Source: Acidimicrobiales bacterium
GTDB lineage: Bacteria; Actinomycetota; Acidimicrobiia; Acidimicrobiales; VFJN01
Direction of reading: 5' to 3'
Assembly: GCA_040902805.1 (NCBI GenBank)
Contig: JBBDWQ010000038.1
Location: forward strand, 23,941-87,940
DNA length: 64,000 nucleotides
Part shown: in pieces, positions 28,617-40,132 of the stretch
Layout of the letters: every line of letters starts with the position of its first letter
Numbering within the stretch: the stretch's first letter is position 1
Notes under the pieces: generated by a model
Database searches by the model: none
Told to the model about the DNA's origin: nothing
The model's input: only the letters and a program-made list of their open reading frames with translations
Translations under genes and position numbers: made by a program

Positions 28617-30206
28617 TCAGTCGTTGACGGGATCAGGGACGAAGATGTCGCGGTCGAGGGGGATGCCCATGGCTTGCGACATGCCGCCCCCACCAATTCG
28701 ATAGAGGCCGCGCTCGGCGACGATCGGACCGTCGGCCACGACAACGACGGGGAGCACGTCTCGAGCGATGTGGTCGCCTAGTCGAATGACGGCCCGGCCA
28801 CCCGGCTCGATCGACCGGCCCTGCAGGTCTTGGATGGCGATCGTCTGCCCGCCGGCAAGGCCCGTCACGCTGTAGGTCACCGCGTTCTCGTTGTCGAGGT
28901 TCACCAGAACGAGGAACTCGTCGCGACTCTCTGTCGGCCCGCCACCGGCGAAGTACCAGATCGGCGCCCCCACGGGTGATCCGGTGGTGACGGTGATCCC
29001 ACGCCGCGGGGCGGGTGACGCTGACGAGTTCACGCGCTCGGCCGCGATGGGGACGTCGTTCAGGGATCGCACGAACAGAGCGTGGCCGACGCCTTCGGGT
29101 ACCCGGTCCTCCGCGTGGACGTCGACGATCGAATAGCGACCGGGCGGGATCGTCAGCTCGAACGGCTCGGGAAGTGTGTTCGTGTCCGGATCGTCGAGGC
29201 GCACCTCGACCTCTACCTCGGCTACGTCGTCGCTCGGGTTGAAGACCACGACCTGCTCGGTGAGACCAGGTCCGGTCTCACCGACCGGGAACACCCATTC
29301 GAGGGCTGGCTCCGGCACACCGAGCGCGAGCGTGATCCCCTCGCGCCCGTCGGTGCCGTCGAGCGTCTGGATCCGGTCCACCACGACACGACCGCTGCGG
29401 ACGCGCACGTTGGCGGAAACCTGAGCCTTGCGCGTGACATCCCGCTCCAAGGAGGCCCCCACGACGCTGCGGCCTGGGACGATGAAGCCCTGGTAGCGAG
29501 CCGTGTCGCGAACACCTTCGTCCGTGGCAAAGGAGATGTCGACTGTCGCGTCGTCCGGGAACGGGTTCATGAACACCAGGAGATCGCGAGCCCCGCGCGT
29601 CGTGACTCCCCATGGGAAGGACCACGTTGTGGACGCCGTGGTGCTGCAGGGGGCCGTCGCCCGACCGAGCGGACCGGTGACGTGGTGCTCGACCGCGATC
29701 TCACCGCCGTCGACCTCGACGATCGCGCCCACGAGCGATGCCACGGCCAGATCGCCGAGTCGGGCCTCGACGCGACTCTGGGCCGGCAGTGGCCAAGAGC
29801 TCTCAATGGGCTTGTACGGGAGCGTTGTGGTGGTCGGCGCCGGAGTGGTGGTGGGCGCGGTGGGCGCGGTGGCCGTCGTGGCGGTTGAATCGGTGGAAAC
29901 GGGTGGCGGCGAGTCCGCCACGGATCCCGTCAGCACGGTGATCGTGGCGGTGCGGGCACGGTCGGTCGGGTTGGCGAGCACCAGCACATGGTCGGCAAAG
30001 CCACCGCGTCGACCGGTTCCTCCCGCGCAGTACCACGTGGATGACAGCGTGGGCTCGTCCCGAGCGGCAGGAATCGCGACGCCCGCCTGCACCACCGGAG
30101 CGGCCGAGGTCGGCGAGGCGGTATCCCGCTCGGCGACCTGGATGACCAACCCAGCCGCCATGAGGCCGACGATGAGTAGCAGCGACGTGACCCGGGCCGA
30201 CTTCAC
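28617..30206 (-). CDS. DUF5719-like exported protein with four internal repeats (uncharacterised)
   Basis: C-terminal 529 aa of ORF 28617-30425. GTG 30204-30206 overlaps the upstream TGA (GTGA), with GGAGGAG upstream. It has an N-terminal TM and then four modules starting STWYCAGG, TTWSFPWG, LEWVFPVG and PIWYFAGG. Confidence 0.75.
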   Translation of the reverse strand: MKSARVTSLLLIVGLMAAGLVIQVAERDTASPTSAAPVVQAGVAIPAARDEPTLSSTWYCAGGTGRRGGFADHVLVLANPTDRARTATITVLTGSVADSPPPVSTDSTATTATAPTAPTTTPAPTTTTLPYKPIESSWPLPAQSRVEARLGDLAVASLVGAIVEVDGGEIAVEHHVTGPLGRATAPCSTTASTTWSFPWGVTTRGARDLLVFMNPFPDDATVDISFATDEGVRDTARYQGFIVPGRSVVGASLERDVTRKAQVSANVRVRSGRVVVDRIQTLDGTDGREGITLALGVPEPALEWVFPVGETGPGLTEQVVVFNPSDDVAEVEVEVRLDDPDTNTLPEPFELTIPPGRYSIVDVHAEDRVPEGVGHALFVRSLNDVPIAAERVNSSASPAPRRGITVTTGSPVGAPIWYFAGGGPTESRDEFLVLVNLDNENAVTYSVTGLAGGQTIAIQDLQGRSIEPGGRAVIRLGDHIARDVLPVVVVADGPIVAERGLYRIGGGGMSQAMGIPLDRDIFVPDPVND

Positions 30207-33200
30207 GACGTCTCCTCCGCAGCGCGCGCCGGGTTCAGCCGCGACCGCAACAAGCGCCGCCCGACCCAGAGCCAGGCGAGCACCTGCAGGAGCAGCAGCC
30301 CGTACCTGACGGGCGAGGTGGCGTAGCGAAGCGTTGCGTCGCCGGCACTCGTGACATCGAAGCCATTGGCCCACCCGTACGGCTTGGTGTGCGCCATCGA
30401 GCGCCCGTCCACCGAAAGCGTCCACCGATCAGAATGGGCCGCAGCCCAGAGCAGCGTCTTGTCAGGTTGTACGGGTCCCGACCAGCGAAACGTGCCTGCG
30501 TCCTTCGGAAGAAGTGCACCGAGGCCTGACAGGTCGACGCCGGCCGCGGCCACCACACCGGCGGCTGCCGGCGGGGCCTTGGCCGTGGTGATCTGTGCTC
30601 GCATCGGATAGAAGGCTTGGTTTCGGAAGACGAGCACCCCAGCCGGGAGGTCCAACGGTTCCAGATCCAGCTGGCCGTCAAGCGTGTCGGCGAGCGCTTC
30701 GGGGATCGGGAGGGCGTCGCTCGCAAACGGAGCCGGAGCCAGGCGTTCCGGCACCACGATGTAACGGACTCCCATCGGGGCCAGCAACCGACCGAGCCGG
30801 GCCGTCTGTCCAGTCCGGGCCAGATCGATCACATCAGCCAGGAGCCCGGTGACGCCATCATCAGACCCGACCCACAGGTCCTCGAGTCGGGGCGTGCCGT
30901 GGTCGGTGGTCGAGTAGGCGACGCCGTCGGTGAGCTCCCAGCTTCCCAACGGCAGCGCGGCGGGATCGCCGAGCCACAGGATCCTGAACGGCACGGTCTC
31001 GTTGTCGAGGTCGATGAAGCTGAGCGCGCGCTGATGATCGCCCCCTGGCATCGACCACCGTCCGTCGAAGGCGGCGCCGAGCACCGGGATCGTGGCCAGT
31101 GCTACGGCCACGGCGGCAACTCCCGAGGCAATCTGTCGCCACCCGAACCGGTAGCCGGGGAGGTCCACCTCGAAGGCAGCCACACCCATGGCGGTGGCGA
31201 GGGCCAACCCGACCGCACTGGGGGCGAGCAGCACCTCGGGCGCCGGAAGCGAAGACGGTGCCCACCCGCTCTGCGAGATCCAGGCCAGCGCCCAGAACAC
31301 GAGAGCAAGCACCCAGCCCCGGACCGCCCAGGCATGTCGCTCGGCCCGTGCGATCAGCAATGGCAGCGCGGCCGCGATGAGCAACGCCCATCCAAGCGGC
31401 GCCACCCCCATCGGACCGACCTGGAACCGAAGCAGCGCCCCGAGGTCAGAAGAGTGCGAGCCACGGTCAACCCCCACGATCGCCGACCACGGCGTTCCGG
31501 GGAGGAGCAGGTCGGCACTCCAGGGCAGGTGGAGGGCTATGGCCAGGACCGCGCCGCCGAATGCCACGGCGACCATTCGACTCGTCCCGAAGACGCGGTA
31601 GGTGAACAGCGATCCGAGCCCGAGGGCCAGAGCCAGACCCGGAAGGATGAGCACTGCGGCCGGGATGAGGGTGGCGAGCAGGGCCGTGGTCGCGCCGAGT
31701 GCGAGCACGGGGGTACGCAGGGAAGGGCGCGGCGCGGCGCGATCGTCGGTTGTCACGGGGGTGAACGGCGGGATGCCCCCGGCCCGGGCCAGCATGCCGA
31801 TGAGCGCTGGGACTCCGGCGTAGAGCGCCAGCGCACCCCATCGCCCGTTGGCAAGCGCGTTGTACGGCAGTGGGTTGCACACGTACACGACAAGCGCCGC
31901 GATCTGTGCATGGCGCGAACCGACCGGAGCCGCCAGTCGATAGATCGTCAACGCACCAAGGGGTAGCAGCCCGAGTGTGAGCACGGTGCGGAGGAGCCCC
32001 ATCGAACCGAAGCTGAGGATGCCCAGGAAGCCACCGAGCCCGTAGGCGGTGGGCGCAGGGGCCTCCGAGCCCAGGCCCGCGGATCGCCAACCGCTGACCC
32101 ATGCTCGCAAGAGCTCGATCGATGAGGATCGAAACGGGACGAGCTCCCCTACCGCCGGCACACCACGGGTGATGAGATGCCGGCTCCCCGCGAGGAGCAC
32201 GAACGCAATGACGGACCACACGATGGCCGTGTTTCGCAGTGAGCCCGTACGAAGGGCTCCCGCGACGTCACGTCCGCTGCGGGCCCACCCCGTCAGCCGG
32301 TCCTCGCCTCCGCCGATCTGTCCCCGCGCGAACTGCCTGAACCGGGCGCTCCCGCCGACCATGAACCGACGGATCTCCCGATCGGGAACGACTCGGAACT
32401 CGTCAACCTGACGGCGCGCTTCACGCAGCTCACCCGGGTTCCGCAGATTCCACGTCCAGGCGGCCGCCGTATCCCGGGCCTGTGCGGTGCGCCCGACCAC
32501 CAGCGAATAGAGGATCTCCACCACATGAAGGGCGACCATCTTCGGGACGATGCGGACAAGCCCAACCGCGGAGTAGCAGCTCAGCACAACTCGCAATCGG
32601 TGCCGAGCTTGGAGACGACGACGATCGTCCACCGGTCGGCGTATCGATAGCGCCTCTAGGTGCCGCACCCGCGCCGACGGAGCCACGATGACGCGCGCGC
32701 CGGCGAGGTGCACGCGCCAGCAGAGGCTGATGTCATCGAGGAGGTAGTCGATCCCCTCGTCGAACCCCCCCACTGCGGCGAACAGATCCGCCCGCACCAA
32801 GGTGCACGCGCCGGGGATCGCGAACACGTCGCGCACGCCGTCGTGCTGCTCCTGGTCAAGCTCTCCTCGCTCGACCAGCGGGGCGACGTAGCCCGCGTGA
32901 TCGATGCCCACGCCCACATCGAGCAGATGGCGTGGATCGTCCCAGGACACCAGCTTGGGACCGACGACCGCCGCGTTGGACCGGAATGCCTCCTCGACGA
33001 GGAGTCGGACGACATCGGGATCCAGTGCGACATCGTCGTGGCAGAAGAGGTAGAACGCTGCACCTTCGACGACCTCGAGCACCTCGTTGGCGGCCGCCCC
33101 GAACCCTGGGTTCTCGTCGAGGCGACGCACGAACGCGCTGGGGGCGACCGCCGCGACGCGTGCTCGCACCTCCACCGCACTCGCCGTGTCGATCACCAGG

Positions 33201-33376
33201 ACGGACAGGCTCGGGTAGTCCTGAGCCGTGAGCGAGGCGATGGTGGCCTCAAACCACTCCCCTGGGTCGTGCGCCACCACGACCGCCACCACAGCGGGCG
33301 CCACCAGCTGCGCCACCTCAGGCGCGTCGTCGAGCGCGTCGTCGGGCGCGTCCACGCCTGGGGTGAGGTCCTCCAC
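30203..33376 (-). CDS. Fusion protein: N-terminal GT2 glycosyltransferase + large polytopic membrane domain + extracytoplasmic domain + terminal TM
   Basis: ORF 30203-33469. GT2 part: VVAVVVAHDPGEW...LSVLVIDTAS...NPGFGAAANE...FCHDDV...GACTLVRADLF...DDISLCWR. It is followed by many TM segments and ends with WTLSVDGRS...ATLRYATSPVRYGLLLLQVLAWLWVGRR. The start is ambiguous: GTG 33376 (VEDLTPG) or GTG 33469. Confidence 0.8.
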   Translation of the reverse strand: MEDLTPGVDAPDDALDDAPEVAQLVAPAVVAVVVAHDPGEWFEATIASLTAQDYPSLSVLVIDTASAVEVRARVAAVAPSAFVRRLDENPGFGAAANEVLEVVEGAAFYLFCHDDVALDPDVVRLLVEEAFRSNAAVVGPKLVSWDDPRHLLDVGVGIDHAGYVAPLVERGELDQEQHDGVRDVFAIPGACTLVRADLFAAVGGFDEGIDYLLDDISLCWRVHLAGARVIVAPSARVRHLEALSIRRPVDDRRRLQARHRLRVVLSCYSAVGLVRIVPKMVALHVVEILYSLVVGRTAQARDTAAAWTWNLRNPGELREARRQVDEFRVVPDREIRRFMVGGSARFRQFARGQIGGGEDRLTGWARSGRDVAGALRTGSLRNTAIVWSVIAFVLLAGSRHLITRGVPAVGELVPFRSSSIELLRAWVSGWRSAGLGSEAPAPTAYGLGGFLGILSFGSMGLLRTVLTLGLLPLGALTIYRLAAPVGSRHAQIAALVVYVCNPLPYNALANGRWGALALYAGVPALIGMLARAGGIPPFTPVTTDDRAAPRPSLRTPVLALGATTALLATLIPAAVLILPGLALALGLGSLFTYRVFGTSRMVAVAFGGAVLAIALHLPWSADLLLPGTPWSAIVGVDRGSHSSDLGALLRFQVGPMGVAPLGWALLIAAALPLLIARAERHAWAVRGWVLALVFWALAWISQSGWAPSSLPAPEVLLAPSAVGLALATAMGVAAFEVDLPGYRFGWRQIASGVAAVAVALATIPVLGAAFDGRWSMPGGDHQRALSFIDLDNETVPFRILWLGDPAALPLGSWELTDGVAYSTTDHGTPRLEDLWVGSDDGVTGLLADVIDLARTGQTARLGRLLAPMGVRYIVVPERLAPAPFASDALPIPEALADTLDGQLDLEPLDLPAGVLVFRNQAFYPMRAQITTAKAPPAAAGVVAAAGVDLSGLGALLPKDAGTFRWSGPVQPDKTLLWAAAHSDRWTLSVDGRSMAHTKPYGWANGFDVTSAGDATLRYATSPVRYGLLLLQVLAWLWVGRRLLRSRLNPARAAEETS

Positions 33377-33452
33377 GGTCGTCCGAGGGTAGCCGCCGTT
33401 CCACGGGCCTCTGCGGCACCAATCACCGCTCCCCACGCCCCGCGCACCACCC

Positions 33453-33490
33453 CTTGCGAAGTAGTGCACAACCGCTTGCGATAGTTCGCA
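33453..33490. promoter_or_regulatory. Repeat cluster: CTTGCGA x2 (33453, 33475) plus inverted TGCGAA/TTCGCA (33455-60 / 33485-90)
   Basis: Seen in the relatively AT-rich divergent region between the GT2-fusion gene and the small gene at 33511. The direct repeats are 22 bp apart. Function is inferred only. Confidence 0.2.
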
Positions 33491-33510
33491 GACCCCCCTA
33501 CGGTCCTCGC

Positions 33511-33744
33511 ATGGCCCACACTCCCGTCGAGGACCTCGCAGAGATCGTCAAGGATGCCGCCTACGTGTCCGTGGGCCTCGGGCTCATTGCCTTCCAGCGC
33601 ATCCAGGTGCGACGAAACGACCTTGCCAAGGCCATGAGCACCCCCGTCGAAGAGACCAAGGGCACCCTCGATCTCATCGGCGCTCTCGTGGGCGAGCGAG
33701 TAAAGCTCGTCGAAGAGCGCGTCAGCTCCGTCATTCGTCGCTGA
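33511..33744 (+). CDS. Small helical hypothetical protein (77 aa)
   Basis: Part of ORF 33454-33744; ATG 33511 (MAHTPVEDLAEIVKDAAYVSVGLGLIAF...). No obvious SD and no family recognised. Confidence 0.45.
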   Translation: MAHTPVEDLAEIVKDAAYVSVGLGLIAFQRIQVRRNDLAKAMSTPVEETKGTLDLIGALVGERVKLVEERVSSVIRR

Positions 33745-33800
33745 GCCCACGTCCGGCATGCTCCGCTCACCGGACTGACCCGACTCCCTAGGCTCACAAG

Positions 33801-34925
33801 GTGCCCGCTCCTCTGCGCGTCGCGCTCGACGCCACCTCTCTCTACGACACACGAAGTGGCGTCGGCCGGTTCACCGAGGAGGTGCTCCACGGCGTCGGCG
33901 TCGACAATTCCATCGATGCGATCGCCTACGCCGTGACGTTTCGGGGCGCGGGCCATCTAGCTGACCTGCTACCGCCCGGTGTGCGTCCCGCGCGCCGCCG
34001 CCGCATGGCCGCCCTGCCCCTCCGTCAGGCTTGGGCCCGATCGGATCACCCCAGCATCGAGCGCTGGACGGGCGCCATCGACGTCGTGCACGGAACCAAC
34101 TTCGTGGTCCCTCCCACCCGGGCGGCGGCGGTGGTCACGATCCACGATCTGACCTATGTCCACTTCCCGCAGATGTGCACGGCAGACGTGCTCCAGTACC
34201 CCGAGCTCGTAAGGCGGGCGCTGCATCGAGGCGCTGTCGTCCACACCGTCTCTGAGTTCGTCCGTGACGAGGTGATCGACCACTACCACCTGCCTGCAGA
34301 TCGTGTCGTTGCGGTACCCAACGGCATCACCGCCACTGCTCCGGGAGACCCTGCCAGCGGCAGCCGACTCGCCGGCGGGGACCGATACCTGATCGCCGTC
34401 GGCACGGTGGAGCCCCGCAAGGACTACCCGGGCCTCGTGCAGGCTTTCGACCAGATGGCAGCCACCGACGCCGACCTTCGCCTGGTGATCGCCGGGTCCG
34501 ATGGGTGGGGAGCCGACGCCCTCACAGCTGCCATCGACGCCGCGCACCACAAGACCCGGATCGTTCGACTCGGCTGGATTGACGACCCGGCACGAGCCGA
34601 CCTGCTCGCGGGCGCCGAGGCGCTCGTCCTCGCATCTCGCTATGAGGGCTTCGGGCTCACTGCAGGCGAAGCGATGGCCGCCGGGGTGCCCGTCGTGGCG
34701 ACTGCCGTGGGTGCCATACCGGAAGTGGTCGGCGACGCGGCCGTCCTGGTGCCGGTGGCGGACGTCGACGCCCTCGCTGAGGCGCTCTCCCTCCTCGTCG
34801 CCGACGACATCCGCCGCTCGCAGCTCATCGAAGCCGGGCGTGAGCGAAGTGCCATGTTCACGTGGTCGCGCACCGTCGAAGGACTCGTGGCCCTGTGGCG
34901 CTCGGTGGTGGACGCGGCCCGGTAG
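33801..34925 (+). CDS. Glycosyltransferase family 4 (GT-B, Glycos_transf_1)
   Basis: 374 aa. RVALDATSL N-terminus and the E-x7-E region YEGFGLTAGEAMAAGVPVV. Confidence 0.85.
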   Translation: MPAPLRVALDATSLYDTRSGVGRFTEEVLHGVGVDNSIDAIAYAVTFRGAGHLADLLPPGVRPARRRRMAALPLRQAWARSDHPSIERWTGAIDVVHGTNFVVPPTRAAAVVTIHDLTYVHFPQMCTADVLQYPELVRRALHRGAVVHTVSEFVRDEVIDHYHLPADRVVAVPNGITATAPGDPASGSRLAGGDRYLIAVGTVEPRKDYPGLVQAFDQMAATDADLRLVIAGSDGWGADALTAAIDAAHHKTRIVRLGWIDDPARADLLAGAEALVLASRYEGFGLTAGEAMAAGVPVVATAVGAIPEVVGDAAVLVPVADVDALAEALSLLVADDIRRSQLIEAGRERSAMFTWSRTVEGLVALWRSVVDAAR

Positions 34926-34942
34926 GCCGTAGTGTCCGCTCG

Positions 34943-37780
<2,838 letters not shown>

Positions 37781-37784
<4 letters not shown>

Positions 37785-38479
37785 CCCTCACGATCAGCCC
37801 CATCGAAGGCATCCCGGAGATCCGGGCGGGTGACGACTTGGCGGGGCTCATCGCGGTCGCCAAGCCCGACCTCGCGGACGGTGACGTCCTCGTCGTCACG
37901 CAGAAGGTCGTCTCGAAGGCCGAGAACGCCATGGCGCGCATCGACCCCGACGACCCGAACGGCCACAAGACGATCGTCGAGGATCAGTCGGTTCGCATCG
38001 TCCGGCGGCGGGGCGACCTGATCATCAGTGAGACCCGCCACGGGTTCGTGTGTGCGAACGCGGGTGTCGACCTCTCCAATGTGGATGAGGGCTGGGCCGC
38101 ACTCCTACCGGTGGACAGCGACCGGTCGGCGCGACGGATACGCGACGGAATCCGCGGCACGCTCGGCGTCGAGGTTGCCGTCATCGTTTCCGATACGTTC
38201 GGCCGACCGTGGCGGCGAGGCCTCACGGACGTCGCGATCGGGTGCGCGGGCATCAAGGCAGTGGTGGATCTCCGGGGCACCGAGGACAGCCGAGGTCGCG
38301 TGCTGCAAGTCACCGAGGTGTGCGTGGTCGACGAGCTAGCGGCGGCAGCCGAGCTCGTGATGGGGAAGGCAACAAACGTTGCTGCGGCAGTCGTGCGTGG
38401 TGTCGATCCCCAGTGGCTCGGACGCGGCAACGTACGGTCCGAGATCATCCGACCACCTCAGGAGGACTTGTTCCGGTGA
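37781..38479 (+). CDS. cofE: Coenzyme F420:L-glutamate ligase CofE (single-domain, no nitroreductase-like C-terminal domain)
   Basis: Part of ORF 37709-38479. ATG 37781 overlaps the cofD stop (ATGA). MTLTISPIEGIPEIRAGDDLAGLI...VVTQKVVSKAEN...CANAGVDLSN...VSDTFGRPWRRG. 232 aa. Confidence 0.85.
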
Positions 38480-39183
38480 CACCTCCCGAACCCACTCGGT
38501 GCCTCACGGTCGTGATGCCGTGCTTCAACGAGCAGGCAACGGTCGAGGCGATCGTCCGCGCTGTACTCGCTTCGCCATGGGTCGGCGAGCTGGTCATCGT
38601 GGATGATGGCTCGACCGACGATACGCCGGAGATCCTGGCCAGCATCAGCGATCCACGAGCGAAGGTGCTCCTTCAGGACACAAACCAGGGCAAGGGGGCA
38701 GCCCTTCGCCGCGGCTTCGCCGAAGCATCAATGCCCTTCACCATCGTGCAGGACGCCGACCTCGAGTATGACCCGGGGGAGTATGCCCGGCTGATCGAGC
38801 CGCTCATCGACGAACGGGCCGATGTGGTCTTCGGCAGCCGGTTCATGGGAGCTGACGCCCACCGTGTCCTCTTCTTCTGGCATTCGTTGGGAAATCGGCT
38901 CTTGACGCTCCTCTCCAACGCCGTGACGGATCTGAACCTGACCGACATGGAGACCTGCTACAAGGCGTTCCGCACAGAGGTCCTCCAGTCGATCGAGCTG
39001 AAGGAGGACAGGTTCGGCTTCGAACCCGAGATCACCGCCAAGATCGCCCGCCGCCGTCTGCGAGTGTTCGAAGTGGGCATCTCGTACAGCGGCCGTACCT
39101 ACGATGAGGGGAAGAAGATCGGTTGGCGCGACGGGGTTCGCGCGCTCTGGTGCATTGCCAAGTACGGGCTCCTTGGCCGCTGA
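38476..39183 (+). CDS. Glycosyltransferase family 2 (polyprenyl-phosphate sugar synthase-like, soluble)
   Basis: Part of ORF 38209-39183. GTG 38476 overlaps the cofE stop (GTGA), with GGAGGA at 38461-66. VVMPCFNEQATV...IVDDGSTDDT...VQDADLEYDPGEY...FGSRF. Confidence 0.85.
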   Translation: MTPPEPTRCLTVVMPCFNEQATVEAIVRAVLASPWVGELVIVDDGSTDDTPEILASISDPRAKVLLQDTNQGKGAALRRGFAEASMPFTIVQDADLEYDPGEYARLIEPLIDERADVVFGSRFMGADAHRVLFFWHSLGNRLLTLLSNAVTDLNLTDMETCYKAFRTEVLQSIELKEDRFGFEPEITAKIARRRLRVFEVGISYSGRTYDEGKKIGWRDGVRALWCIAKYGLLGR

Positions 39184-39190
39184 GGGCCCG

Positions 39191-40132
39191 TCAGCCCTCG
39201 AACCATCGCAACGTCTCTCCCACACCGTCTGCGAGGGTCGTCCACGGAGTCCAGCCGAGGTGCAGGCCGGCGCGAGCCGGATCAAGTGCGCTGCGGGCCA
39301 GCTCACCCGCCCGCGCCGAGGCATGTACCGCCGGCGCCGAGGAGCCTGCGGCCGTCGCCATCGCCGTGTAGAGCTCGTTCACGGACGTCTCGATGCCCGT
39401 CCCGACGTTGCAGAGCAAGCCGCTGCCGCGATCGGCAGCACGCACGAACGCGTCCACCGCGTCGTCGACGTAAACGAAGTCTCGGGTCTGGTTTCCATCC
39501 CCGAAGATCGTGCAGGGCTTCCCGGCGAGCAAGAGCCCGGCAAAGATCGCGACTACGCCGGCCTCGCCATGCGGGTCCTGTCGCGGACCGTAGATGTTGG
39601 CCATGGCCAGCGACGTGAACTCGAGAGCGTGGAGCTCTCGGTACACGTGCAGGTAGTCGGTGACCACCCGCTTGGCAACTCCGTAGGGACTGAGCGGCTG
39701 CTGTGGGTGCGATTCGCGCACCGGGAGATCAGCCGGTCCTGGCTCTCCGTAGATCGTGCCTCCGCTCGATGCAAAGACCACCTTACGAGTGCCCCCCTTG
39801 CGGGCACCTTCGAGGACGTTGATGCTCCCCAGGATGTTGACCTGCGCGTCGAAGGCGGGCCTGGCCACCGAGACACGCACGTCGGCCTGCGCGGCGAGAT
39901 GAAAGATGACCTCTGGCGCACGACGGGCGATCAGATCCACAACAGCGTCCTCGCGGAGGTCGAGCTGATGGACCTTGAGGTCGTGATCGCGGTTGCCGCG
40001 AGCCTCCGCCAGGTTGGCCAGCGTTCCGGTTGAAAGATCGTCGACCACGTCGACCGCATGACCTTCCGCGAGGAGGCGGTCCACCAGTGTCGAGCCGATG
40101 AACCCCGCTCCCCCGGTCACGAGGGCCCTCAC
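39191..40132 (-). CDS. galE: NAD-dependent sugar epimerase (UDP-glucose 4-epimerase-like)
   Basis: MRALVTGGAGFIGSTLV and SPYGVAKRVV. GTG start 40130-40132 overlaps the manC stop (GTGA). Confidence 0.8.
   Translation of the reverse strand: MRALVTGGAGFIGSTLVDRLLAEGHAVDVVDDLSTGTLANLAEARGNRDHDLKVHQLDLREDAVVDLIARRAPEVIFHLAAQADVRVSVARPAFDAQVNILGSINVLEGARKGGTRKVVFASSGGTIYGEPGPADLPVRESHPQQPLSPYGVAKRVVTDYLHVYRELHALEFTSLAMANIYGPRQDPHGEAGVVAIFAGLLLAGKPCTIFGDGNQTRDFVYVDDAVDAFVRAADRGSGLLCNVGTGIETSVNELYTAMATAAGSSAPAVHASARAGELARSALDPARAGLHLGWTPWTTLADGVGETLRWFEG

Noticed and set aside
24903-28744. Long ORFs 24903-25976(-), 26489-27499(-), 26992-28443(+) and 27602-28744(-)
   Set aside because: They are antisense to or frame-shifted relative to ftsH and the MFS transporter gene. 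They have Arg/Pro-rich composition and no recognisable domains.
30617-31966. 449-aa forward ORF, plus 31467-32219(-) and 32660-33484(+), within the GT2-fusion gene
   Set aside because: These are shadow ORFs. The reverse-strand frame 30203-33376 alone shows GT2 motifs and regular TM segments.
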